Assembly: GCA_010093745.1 (NCBI GenBank)
Contig: MU005971.1
Coordinates: 62,001-126,000, forward strand
Reading direction: 5' to 3'
Origin: Piedraia hortae CBS 480.64
Lineage: Eukaryota
DNA length: 64,000 nt
A program made the translations under genes and the position numbers. Position 1 is the first letter of the stretch; each line of letters opens with the position of its first letter. Shown here piece by piece: positions 38,431 to 48,300 of this stretch. A model generated the notes under the pieces. That model was not told the origin of the DNA. It saw only the letters and a list, made by a program, of their open reading frames with translations, and did not search any database.

Positions 38431-38760
38431 ATGAGCACCGACATGGGCGTCCCGATCACGGACGACATCAACGACGTCTCCGCCGAGGCCAGGATCACGA
38501 ACTGGATTATGGACACAAACAGACACATGCGCACTAACCTGTCCAAGGCGACGCTCGTGAAGAGGCTGATGTTCAGGGACGACATGCTAGTCGTAGTCTG
38601 CCCCGGGTGCATGATCGGGAAGATAGCCACAGACATGGACACGACCATGTTCAAGTTCATGGACGCGGCTGCGAGCGTGGAGACGGTTATGAGCAACGCC
38701 GTTGTTGTCAGTGCGTTCTGCGGTCCAAGGACGGACACCTGCGCGCCTGTGAACCTGCAG
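38431..38760 (+). pseudogene. Island ORFan fragment (5' half of ORF 38431..39069)
   Basis: Protein-like, GC3-rich frame that is also open upstream of the ATG. Beyond ~38760 the + frame becomes His/Arg/Asp-rich, as expected of an antisense shadow. Confidence 0.45.
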
Positions 38761-39060
38761 ACGCCAAATGTCCATCGACATGATGAGGACCTCACCTGCG
38801 TGCACAACCATCGACGCAATTGTGTCCAAGATAGTCATGAGCATGCTAGCGTTCATGTCCACGATGCTATGCACATAGATTATGTTCGACATCATTTCGC
38901 TATGCGGCCCCATGCACAGATCCCCGATTATGGTGATCGGCGAGAAGGTGGTCCCGATAACCTCCGACGACTGGTGGACGAACATGAGGTTGACGCACTT
39001 GTCCGTGCAATCGGCGAGGAAGAGAGTCGCCGAACTCGTCCATGGCGAGGCTTGAGATCG
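38760..39060 (-). pseudogene. Island ORFan fragment on opposite strand
   Basis: Globular-looking stretch TLFLADCTDKCVNLMFVHQSSEVIG...VVHAGEVLIMSMDIW within ORF 38587..39351. Confidence 0.4.
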
Positions 39061-39127
39061 TGTCCGTGATCGGCATCGTGAGCGCACGGCGCGCTGTGCG
39101 GTTGCCACAGTCGTTGCGCGGCCCGTC

Positions 39128-40465
39128 ATGGTGTGGGCGAGGAGTCGGGGCATCTCCATGATCCCGCCCAGGTTGAGGGACACGGTGGCAACCTCAAGCG
39201 TAACCGGACGCATGCACGAGATGAAGGCCATGTGCATGGATGCGACTATGAAGTTGGCCAAGCAGCTGCAGACGTTCGTGCACGGGGACAGGTTCGTGTC
39301 CACGATCAGGGGCCTGATGATGTCTGCATACGCGGGGCCAATCAAAGTCATGCGCGTAGGCCTCTACCCATACGAGCAGGACATCCTGCACTCAATCGCC
39401 TCAGCCCTCGCGTACTCCCCCACGATGTGCGGCGGCTCCACGCCCTCCGTCCAGGTCCTCGCTCAGGCCATGGCTGCGATGGTTCACAGGGTCAAGATCA
39501 AAGCCACGAACAAGAAGGGCATGTCGGATGCGTGCATCGTCCCGACCGAGGCCGAGTTGGTAGCGACCTTCAAGATGTTGCTCAGGTGCTCGTACATGTG
39601 CACGGCTGTGGGCGTGGCCTTCGTCAACTGCGTCCCTGTGCCTGTGCCCACGATGGCGAGGAAGATCGCGTGGGCGTCCCTGTTTTCGGAGTGGCTCGGA
39701 GACATGATCGTGATCTACAACAAGTTCGGGTATAAGATGACGATTGTGAGCATGGGTGCACTCGCGTCCGACAGTGTAAAGAGGACGTTCAGCTCGTACA
39801 GGGGCACGAATGAGATGGGGAACCACACCGCCGCTGTGAATCCGGCCGCAATCTCCTACGTGAATGTGCCCAAGCACGTGGCTAGGTTCCCGATCACGCT
39901 GACGATCACGAATATCGAGGAGGAGATCTTCACGATGATGGACTACCACCCGACGTTGGACATTAGCACAAGCTACAAGTGGAATGTGTACCCCAGGGAG
40001 ACTCTGTCCATGTCCATAAATGAGAGCAGGGTCGGGCCTCTAGCCAGGTCCTTGGCTAACCACCGAGTCGAGGGTCTAGTGCCTTTCTTCATCAACATGG
40101 CGAAGGACCTCTTCAACACCGGGAAGATGCTGAACAACACGGCGTCATCCTCGTCCATCGCGCCGCCCGGGGCCCTGCAGCCGATGCCGGAGGAGGCTAT
40201 CCACGACGATCCGAGCGCAACCGGGGGCACGAGTCTGTTCATGAATAAGAACGAGAGTACAACCAGGACCCAGGACGCGCACGGGCCTCCGGCGAACTCC
40301 ATGAACCAGATCTACGTTGGGCGCAACATCATGCTTGCGCAGTTGACCGACGCCACAGGCAAGACCAAGACCCAGCAGACGATTATGGTCGAGAATATGA
40401 TCGGGAAGTTGGACGAGATTTTTCGAGCTGTACAGGACCAGGGACAAGAGGGAGGAGAGGCTTGA
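39128..40465 (+). CDS. Uracil-DNA glycosylase-fold protein with C-terminal extension (likely frameshifted near 40430)
   Basis: VMRVGLYPY (cf. VVILGQDPY), ASALAY, TPSVQVL (PPSL), VGVAFVN (QGVLLLN), IVSMG (FMLWG), NPAA (HPSP), in family-1 UDG order. Confidence 0.7.
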   Translation: MVWARSRGISMIPPRLRDTVATSSVTGRMHEMKAMCMDATMKLAKQLQTFVHGDRFVSTIRGLMMSAYAGPIKVMRVGLYPYEQDILHSIASALAYSPTMCGGSTPSVQVLAQAMAAMVHRVKIKATNKKGMSDACIVPTEAELVATFKMLLRCSYMCTAVGVAFVNCVPVPVPTMARKIAWASLFSEWLGDMIVIYNKFGYKMTIVSMGALASDSVKRTFSSYRGTNEMGNHTAAVNPAAISYVNVPKHVARFPITLTITNIEEEIFTMMDYHPTLDISTSYKWNVYPRETLSMSINESRVGPLARSLANHRVEGLVPFFINMAKDLFNTGKMLNNTASSSSIAPPGALQPMPEEAIHDDPSATGGTSLFMNKNESTTRTQDAHGPPANSMNQIYVGRNIMLAQLTDATGKTKTQQTIMVENMIGKLDEIFRAVQDQGQEGGEA

Positions 40466-40502
40466 GGAGAAGGTCACGTCCATCATCGCCGCTGCTTCGT
40501 AC

Positions 40503-40670
40503 AGGTTGTGGACGCCTGTAGGTTGTCAGAGGTATAGCCGAGGCTACAGGGGGCACGTGGTCAACCCGCGAAGTCGCGGCGAGGAAGCGGAGAACACGGC
40601 TCGCGTCACCCGAACAGCGAGACGTGTTAGATATAGTCTCGCAGTCGGCGACGGCCCCGTTATCGGCGAA
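40503..40670 (+). pseudogene. Frameshifted fragment of a second allele of the island RNA polymerase gene
   Basis: RLWTPVGCQRYSRGYR/GTWSTREVAARKRRTRLASPEQRDVLDIVSQSATAPLS aligns with RLWTPVGCQKYSRDYKGTWLTHEVMTTKLRVRIASPEEQDILNKILSTAAPLS at ~45664-45828. Confidence 0.85.
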
Positions 40671-41310
40671 GGTCGAGGTGGTCATCGGTACCATTACTGA
40701 GACCACCAGTGAATTTACTCGCAAGAAGAATCCTGGCAACAGGTACTGGCGCGCGCCGGTATCGTTCAGGTCGAACAATTTCGAGAGCCTTGTCCTTAAG
40801 CAAGCTAACGTCGCTGTCCCCTACAATAGGGGTAACAATTATGGTACGGACTACATATATGTCAATATGCCCAAGTTTGTAGGCATGCATCTCAAGAAAG
40901 CGGCAGAGCGGCAAGGTCTCGTCGTCCAGATCGATGACGACCGGTTGCACAGCACCGACACCGATTGGTGGAAAACTCTGAACAATTGCACCGACAATTG
41001 CGGTATCATCACCCAGAGCGGTGATTTTGAGCCTCGTGACTTGAACAACATATTCCGTGTCACCAAGAAGGGTGTTGTAGTCAACGTAGACTACTGCGTG
41101 TCGCTTCGTCTTACCAAGACGAATGGCGAAGATCTCAGCAGCACTGACGTGTTTCGTGTCGTTCTGGACTGCAGTCGCGTCGCTCTCAAGAAAGTGAAGG
41201 TGGACGTAGAGGGACCGCCCATGGCTGCCAAGATCCCCACCACCCTCGCAGTCAAGGATGACGTCGCCACAGACGATCTGCTCGTCCAGCTTGAAGCCAT
41301 GGGTATCTAA
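40624..41310 (+). CDS. Island ORFan, beta-rich with acidic tail (possibly ssDNA-binding); native start replaced by the polymerase fragment
   Basis: Open 228-codon frame with strong C/G-ending codon bias and no ATG near its 5' end; function is a guess. Confidence 0.6.
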   Translation: MLDIVSQSATAPLSAKVEVVIGTITETTSEFTRKKNPGNRYWRAPVSFRSNNFESLVLKQANVAVPYNRGNNYGTDYIYVNMPKFVGMHLKKAAERQGLVVQIDDDRLHSTDTDWWKTLNNCTDNCGIITQSGDFEPRDLNNIFRVTKKGVVVNVDYCVSLRLTKTNGEDLSSTDVFRVVLDCSRVALKKVKVDVEGPPMAAKIPTTLAVKDDVATDDLLVQLEAMGI

Positions 41311-42096
41311 GCTACTATAGAGATATCCACTTTTTTAAAAATATTTTCGGCAGCAGATGCTGCGAAATCAACTAGAGTACCATTGTCTGAAACGGAACTT
41401 GCTGGCGAAACAACTCTCATGGATATAGGCATATCGATCGGAATAGTCGCCAAATACCTCGCAGATGGGTACCAAATAGTATCAACTAACAACGATAAGG
41501 TAGCTACCAACGATCGGATTATATGTGTTAACGTCGCAACATGGGAGTCATGTCCCGCGAAAACCGAACTCTGTAATACACTGGCAAAGAGGTTAGATAA
41601 TAAGAAAGGCAATCGTTTTCAGCAACTGAGCGCAGTGGCAATATGTGCCCTTTGCACTCACGGTTATCTTATCAATCATATTTCTGCACCTGGGCTTACT
41701 GCTAAGGATATGGATACTGTGTGGGGGTTTATGGAAACAACGGCTGTGAGTTCCAGCGAAGCGTTATCCAAGTGGCTAAGCGAAACGATAGCAGGTAGAT
41801 CGCTCGACGGATACCGTGCTAGTGCAGTCATTGAGAACAATAGTGGACACTGTTGTAGTGATAATTACCGGCCACGTAACACATTACGTAAACCAGTAGG
41901 GGCAACTGAGTTGGTTGATATTAATGCTGCAGCATCGGAGTATGGGACAGGCGACAGCATTACCAGTCTCGCTATGGCTGACACAGACATGCTATGTTCG
42001 TTGCGTTTTAACAACGGTGAACCGCCGCCCAGAGTAACTGGTCCAACATGGTGTACGCTACAGCACGGCCAACGACTTAACGAACAGCGGCCATGA
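41311..42096 (+). CDS. Island ORFan, apparently 5'-truncated
   Basis: Frame is open directly from the TAA at 41308-41310; AT-richer codons; 3' end overlaps the convergent TBP-like ORF. Confidence 0.5.
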   Translation, partial: ATIEISTFLKIFSAADAAKSTRVPLSETELAGETTLMDIGISIGIVAKYLADGYQIVSTNNDKVATNDRIICVNVATWESCPAKTELCNTLAKRLDNKKGNRFQQLSAVAICALCTHGYLINHISAPGLTAKDMDTVWGFMETTAVSSSEALSKWLSETIAGRSLDGYRASAVIENNSGHCCSDNYRPRNTLRKPVGATELVDINAAASEYGTGDSITSLAMADTDMLCSLRFNNGEPPPRVTGPTWCTLQHGQRLNEQRP

Positions 42097-42894
42097 TCGT
42101 GATGATGCTATAGACAGTATTGCTTGTCTAAAACCCGCTCCAATTACATGCAAGGCATCGGGTTTACCGGTGCATTTGAAGGACCCGTCTGCATATAATA
42201 ACATACATGTGTTCTTGTTCGCTTCTTCGCCGTAGCACGTCGCTGTTGGTCGAGCTGTTATCTTGTAAGCAGATGTCTTGACATCATTTACGAATGCAAT
42301 ATTATCAGGTGCATACGACCTAAGCATCGCCGCAGACTCCCGTGTAATCGTAGCCACATGTGACCCGTCATCGTCCGTACACAAGAATATAAAGCGCGAC
42401 TTCGATATGTTGACAAACGACCACTGACAGGGTACCTCCATATTATCTATCACATACGGGGTTAATCTACCCGATACTTGCACCTTACAATTATGCTTCG
42501 TGACTGTGCAAGCTATAGCTCCCAGTTGTTCACACATAAGATGTGTAGTCATCTCTGCGTCCCGATGCTTAAGTACAGACAAACTTGCCGTTGAACTGCT
42601 CAACTCTGGTTGTACGAAACAACACCTGTATACCGCAGAGGTACCTACGACCCACAGCCCGACAGTATGACATGCCCTGACATTAGCGTTGACAATCGAC
42701 ATACCGTTTGTAAGCCCAGTGACCAGTGGTGTTAGCAGGTCAATCGAGGCTTGTGGTAACTGTACTCCGTAAGTACAGGTGTATACGTCTTCAGAGTTAT
42801 CGTTTGTAGTATGTTTGTATCTCAACGACAATGATAGAAGCTGGCTTTGTGTCCTGTTAGATCTGTTCTTCGATGATCTGAAAAACGATGCCAT
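42058..42894 (-). CDS. Putative divergent TATA-binding-protein-fold protein
   Basis: TCMLLYADGSFKCTG followed by a helix resembles TBP TALIFSSGKMVCTG; weaker first repeat (SIVNANV ... CKVQVSG). Confidence 0.5.
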   Translation of the reverse strand: MASFFRSSKNRSNRTQSQLLSLSLRYKHTTNDNSEDVYTCTYGVQLPQASIDLLTPLVTGLTNGMSIVNANVRACHTVGLWVVGTSAVYRCCFVQPELSSSTASLSVLKHRDAEMTTHLMCEQLGAIACTVTKHNCKVQVSGRLTPYVIDNMEVPCQWSFVNISKSRFIFLCTDDDGSHVATITRESAAMLRSYAPDNIAFVNDVKTSAYKITARPTATCYGEEANKNTCMLLYADGSFKCTGKPDALHVIGAGFRQAILSIASSRSWPLFVKSLAVL

Positions 42895-42895
42895 A

Positions 42896-43540
42896 TCACC
42901 ACCAGCGTAGGCTGCGCAACGATGTTGCTATGCGACACTGTCGCGATGACCGACAATACCATCGACAGAGCGGACGTGGAACAGATAAATGATGTGCTGC
43001 GTTTGTCATACTGGATCTCATTCTACTGACGCTATGCTGGGCGGGGTTACCCATCGCACAGATATGAACCTTTTTACCAGCAATGATCACAGACACTCTT
43101 ACTATATCAACGAGGAATTGTTCCGTTGCCACGCGCTCCCTGTCAGATAGCGGGTCAATAAACGGTGTATACGCACATATATTCATTACCAACACACCCT
43201 GACGGAGGTACTTCCAGCTTTCTTGGAACCAGTCGCGAGCGGTGTTATAATCCATGTCGGTGTGATTATGAATATCTCTGGCAATATAATGGACGGATGG
43301 TGTCACGTTAGTAAGCAAAGGATCATAAGACATGGCTGATGCGACGTACGGGAGGATACGATTACCATAGGGCCGCTCGCCCAATATGATATGCCTGATT
43401 GGCATCGATCGCGGTATTCCCAAAATATACCGGCATAGCGGCCCAGTTATATGATGAGTAGTGTTACGTGTAACGCCTATCTCATCGAGGTAAGCATAGC
43501 ATCTTTCGTAACATAGTTTAACTACTCGTTCGTCACACAT
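42896..43540 (-). CDS. Uracil-DNA glycosylase-like protein (C-terminus possibly replaced)
   Basis: HIILGERPY, ASAMSY, TPSVHYI, QGVLVMN, ICAMGNPAQ match the family-1 UDG motif order; HPSP motif not seen. Confidence 0.8.
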   Translation of the reverse strand: MCDERVVKLCYERCYAYLDEIGVTRNTTHHITGPLCRYILGIPRSMPIRHIILGERPYGNRILPYVASAMSYDPLLTNVTPSVHYIARDIHNHTDMDYNTARDWFQESWKYLRQGVLVMNICAYTPFIDPLSDRERVATEQFLVDIVRVSVIIAGKKVHICAMGNPAQHSVSRMRSSMTNAAHHLSVPRPLCRWYCRSSRQCRIATSLRSLRWW

Positions 43541-43581
43541 GGTGTTTTTAGCAGAGAGCTGCCTGTTTTAACATAGAGCTG

Positions 43582-44490
43582 CTAATCATTGAATAACCTC
43601 ACTACTAACTCTCCACATTCGACGTTAATGGTATCGTTTACATCATGACAGTTGACGCACACACGCCGATGTACAACATGCATAACAGAACAAAAGTAAC
43701 ATTTCTTATACTTGCTAATGGCATTCATGATTTCAGACACTAGCGTGTTAATAGACATGCTTACAGTATCAATATCAATCGATGTTCCTATTCTGGGAGG
43801 ACCGAAGTTAACTGCGACCAAGTTGTCCGTACGTGGGCGCTGGTACATCAATGGCGCTAATCGCGTTCCTTCAGAACCGATCAATGTGGGTACACCGTAT
43901 ATGACGCCGGTACCATTTACCCACATATTGGTACGTTTGTATTGTAATGAGACCGCCAATTCCATACACCTAATGGACCCTATCCACGTTAGCGTGCAAT
44001 CTTCGCTTATCAGTCCCTTTACAACGTCGATTAGCGTACCTCTGTTTACCGTGAATGGACCATTTATACTGCTCACACGTACTAAGTACTCCTTACCATC
44101 ATCGCCAATGGGTACTACTACACATGTAATTCCGGTCATTGAGTCTCTGATATTATCGATTGATTCTACTATATCAACAGCATAGTTTGAATATTCGATA
44201 AAAATTATGACATTGGTTATACCGCGGTACGACGACATCAATAACATCATGGTAGCAAGTACCGATAAATGTTCTTTTTTACAAGAATTAAACACCTTGG
44301 GCGACAAGGAGTACATGTCAGCAGTGTTCACATATGGTACCGTGATACCATCCACGAGAGCATCGATGGCAGCGAATTGATCATTGCGTATGTTGACATG
44401 AGTGCAATTGTCAACTGTGTCTGCAATCCGCTTCAATGATGTAGTGCAGTTAAATGCACATGCGCTGTTCCCGCTGCACCTACCGATCAT
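43582..44490 (-). CDS. Island ORFan with Cys clusters
   Basis: 302-aa intronless ORF; C-terminal CYFC..CVNC possible Zn site; start overlaps the upstream stop (ATGA). Confidence 0.7.
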   Translation of the reverse strand: MIGRCSGNSACAFNCTTSLKRIADTVDNCTHVNIRNDQFAAIDALVDGITVPYVNTADMYSLSPKVFNSCKKEHLSVLATMMLLMSSYRGITNVIIFIEYSNYAVDIVESIDNIRDSMTGITCVVVPIGDDGKEYLVRVSSINGPFTVNRGTLIDVVKGLISEDCTLTWIGSIRCMELAVSLQYKRTNMWVNGTGVIYGVPTLIGSEGTRLAPLMYQRPRTDNLVAVNFGPPRIGTSIDIDTVSMSINTLVSEIMNAISKYKKCYFCSVMHVVHRRVCVNCHDVNDTINVECGELVVRLFND

Positions 44491-45314
44491 TTGATGGAAT
44501 GAACGATATATTTCATGTGGTACCTAGACGTATGTTTCCCGCGCGCAGATTGTAAAGGTTCCAGCACTACCGATACAGTGAAGGTAGCAGTTGCCACTGC
44601 ATCACAGTTTAATCTTTCAGCGAACACCGCGGCTGTAGCGTCACGCCTCCAACCGCGCTCCATAATGTCGCAACATACCAGGTGTCGCGAGAGAGAGATT
44701 CTGACACTGCTATATGACCATGTGTCCTGATATGTAGGCATTACTCTGACTCCAATGCTATGGAGCGAGTCCATTAAAGCGTCTGTCACAATTATTGGTA
44801 CAAACAGTACCGCTGTATATGCCTCTGTATCAACAGTGGTGAAGAACGTGTGATCATACCTGTTTGTCTTAGGTCTAACAAGAACACAGTTAGGTACATC
44901 GAATACGGGAGACTTAACAGCAGGTTGGCATGTACATACAAGCATAACACCTCGAACGTACGGGTCAATGCATTCCGTTAGATAATCATAGTACTTACCT
45001 AGCACATCTAGGCTAAGCGGGATCAGCTCACTGGTTACATCTTCAGTGACGCGCAATCTCAATGGACGTTTGGCCTTCGCGATATCATAACCGTTGTCAG
45101 CCTGCAGTTGCATAAACTTCATATCAAACCATTCGTCTCCATTATTCGGTGGTGATTCGGTCCCTATTAGTGTCCAACCGCGGGTGTACAACCCACTGTT
45201 TATCATATCGTTAACATCATCATCGTATTCGGAAATCGTAGCTTGATCAGCGAAACCTACTGGAGTTGCAGCTGGCCTCGAGGTGCCCGGCGCACCGATG
45301 AGCATACGTGCCAT
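44487..45314 (-). CDS. Island ORFan
   Basis: 275-aa ATG-initiated intronless ORF, divergent from the polymerase gene. Confidence 0.7.
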   Translation of the reverse strand: MARMLIGAPGTSRPAATPVGFADQATISEYDDDVNDMINSGLYTRGWTLIGTESPPNNGDEWFDMKFMQLQADNGYDIAKAKRPLRLRVTEDVTSELIPLSLDVLGKYYDYLTECIDPYVRGVMLVCTCQPAVKSPVFDVPNCVLVRPKTNRYDHTFFTTVDTEAYTAVLFVPIIVTDALMDSLHSIGVRVMPTYQDTWSYSSVRISLSRHLVCCDIMERGWRRDATAAVFAERLNCDAVATATFTVSVVLEPLQSARGKHTSRYHMKYIVHSIK

Positions 45315-45355
45315 GTGGATACAGCAACGCCGTTGCCTACCCTACGTGAATCAGT

Positions 45356-48300
45356 ATGTCGCTATTTAATCTCCGTCAACATGAAGCCTACGCCAATGGC
45401 GTGACATTGAGCAATCATATGACACTACGCAACGCTTGCATAGATTACCGCGACGCGGGAGGTACATCTTGGGTTGACAATGCTGCCCCTGAAATGAGCG
45501 CTGCCGCCTCAGATGATCAAGTCCCCTGTATGAATAAATTCACGAATATAGTTGGACATGCAAGCGACAGCGAGATCATTTGCTTTGGTATACAGGAGTG
45601 TACTAGTGCAATTGGCGTGCTAACTGAAGTTATAGGATCAATGCAGCGCGCCGTCGAGCTGGGCAGATTGTGGACGCCTGTAGGTTGCCAGAAGTACAGT
45701 CGCGACTATAAAGGAACCTGGTTAACACACGAGGTAATGACGACAAAGTTGAGGGTACGGATCGCATCGCCGGAAGAGCAGGACATATTGAACAAGATCT
45801 TGTCAACGGCAGCACCATTGTCAGTAAGCACCGTACACGCTGCAATGGAGGCAAATCATCATACTAACATTTGCGAGTATGGTAATATATTTATGTTTCC
45901 ACACGGTGCAGCACCATCCGCCGGGTTAATAGGATCTTTACATGACAATGAATGCGTAGATATGTGTCCCAACGACAATAAGGATGTTCCAAACAGTGCT
46001 GCCAGATCATTCCTAAGGGAATACAGGGGATTTATATGTGCAGGACACACATCGCATTCGACAGAAGCAGGAAGAGTGCGCCGAGTCACATGCGACGTGC
46101 GCGTCAGATTATTGTCTCGTCGTACCATCGACGACCTACGTGGTATCGAACTCGTGTGGCGCAACATCTATCGTGGCACCGATACGGATTGGACTGTGTT
46201 TTGTATGGGATATCATTCCCGCATAACGCGCGCTGAGATGATATGCTTAGAACGGTTCCGAAACACCATATCAGCCAGACGTCCTTGTAGCTTCAGCGTG
46301 CATACGTACCCTGATCTGAAGTTAGTGATAGTTTCAGTAAGCTCAGGGACGCTAATGAAAAAATGTAGCGTAGGTGGATGGGCGGACAACATTGAAGTTC
46401 ACGTGTCTAGACCTATTGACGATTCACCCCGGCCAGAAATCCATAGCACTGGATATGACCAGCTGAGGGCAAACTTCTCGGCGTTTTTTAATCTTGTACC
46501 ATTCATATCAAGTGACCGAGCACCTAGACCGCTCATCTCGTCTGTACAGACTCCTCAGGCAGTCTGTATTCCATGGTGCCCCGGTACAGCGTCGGTGTCA
46601 CCGTGTTACTCGTTTAACCCGATAGTCACCACACCACTGTACACCAATGTTCTCGCCGATATAAATGATGGCAACGCGAATGTGAGTAGTTACCTTCCCG
46701 GTGAAAATGTAGTAGTGCTGTATCTAAATATGCCGGGCAATTATGAGGATGCCATGATAGTCTCACGCAGATACATTGACAACGGTGGGTTTAGCACTGT
46801 CTCCATATGTTCCTACCTTGTGCAACAAAGCGAATATGTGCCGCCTGTAGGTAGCCGTGTGTGTTCAGTGCTATGTACATGGTGGAAATCACCATGTGAA
46901 CCTGGATGCCTCCATACAACGAGGTATATCGAATCGACTAAGACGTACTGCGTTGGGCACGCACCAACCGGCGTGATCGTCAGCGTCACTAAACAACCCA
47001 CGGGGGACATATCGGTTAGGGTGAAAAGTCACCAGCAATTGCAGCAAGGCGACAAGCTTTCCACTGGTCATGGACAGAAAGGCGTTGCTGTCCTGTGGAA
47101 TCATGAGGACATGCCTGTGGCTCATAGTGCGAAGCATGGTACAATAATACCAGATGTTGTGGTTGCGATGTCGTCACTTGTGACTCGACAAACCAATGGA
47201 CAACTATACGAAGCTGCGTGTGCGTTAACACATATTTCAATGGGATCAAGGCTACCGGTGGCGGTTGACGCAGATGCTGTGTTTGATGTTAACGACGAAT
47301 TCACTGTCACTGATGCTACTACAGGTGAGCCGTACATGACGGCTGTAGTCGGCGATGATGGTGAGATATACATGCAAGAGACGCTGGCCACGTTGGGCAT
47401 TGTGCGTATGTTCAACCAGACACAGATGACCCGCGAGCGGCATCATGTGTCCCACATCTCACACGGCGCTGCGCCATCCGCTGGATTGATAGGCTCCCTG
47501 CACGACAACGAGTGCATAGACATGTGTCCGGGTGACAACAAGGACGTCCCAGACCTCGCGGCTAGGTCCTTTCTGAAGGGTTACAGGGGATTCATATGCG
47601 CGGGTCACACATCGCATTCCACAGAGGCCGGAAGGGTTCGTAGAGTAACGTGCGACGTACGTGTCAGGTTGCTGTCGCAACACACGATCGACGACCTGCT
47701 GGACGTCACAGTTGCGCTGCGCAATATTTCCCGTGGCACTGATACAGACTGGACAGTGTTCTGCATGGGGTACCACGCGCGCATAACACGCGCTGAGATA
47801 ACGTGCCTGGAACGGCTCCGTGACAGTGCGTCAATCAGACGTCCGTGCACCTTCAGTGTGCACATATATCCCGACTCCAAGCTGGTCGTTGTATCGGTGA
47901 GCTCAGGGACGTTGTTAAAGAAGTGCAGCGACGGCAGGTGGGCAGACGACGTTGAAGTCCACGTGTCCGAGCCGGTTGGTGGTTCGTCCCGGCCTAGAGT
48001 GTCGGGCTCGGGGCGCGATCAGCTGAGGGCGAATTTTTCAGCTTTCTTCAGCCTCGTGCCTTTCGTATCGAGTGGCAGGGCCCCTAGGCCACTCATATCC
48101 TCAGTGCAGACACCTCAAGCTGTTTGCATCCCGTGGTGCCCCGGTACCGCGTCAGTGTCGCCGTGTTACTCGTTCGACCCGGTGGTCACGACGCAGCTGT
48201 ACAGCGAAGTGCTCGCTGACATACGTAACGATAGGGCGAATGCGAGCAGCTACCTTCCAGATGAAAACGTAGTGACGTTGTACCTAAATCTGCCAGGCAA

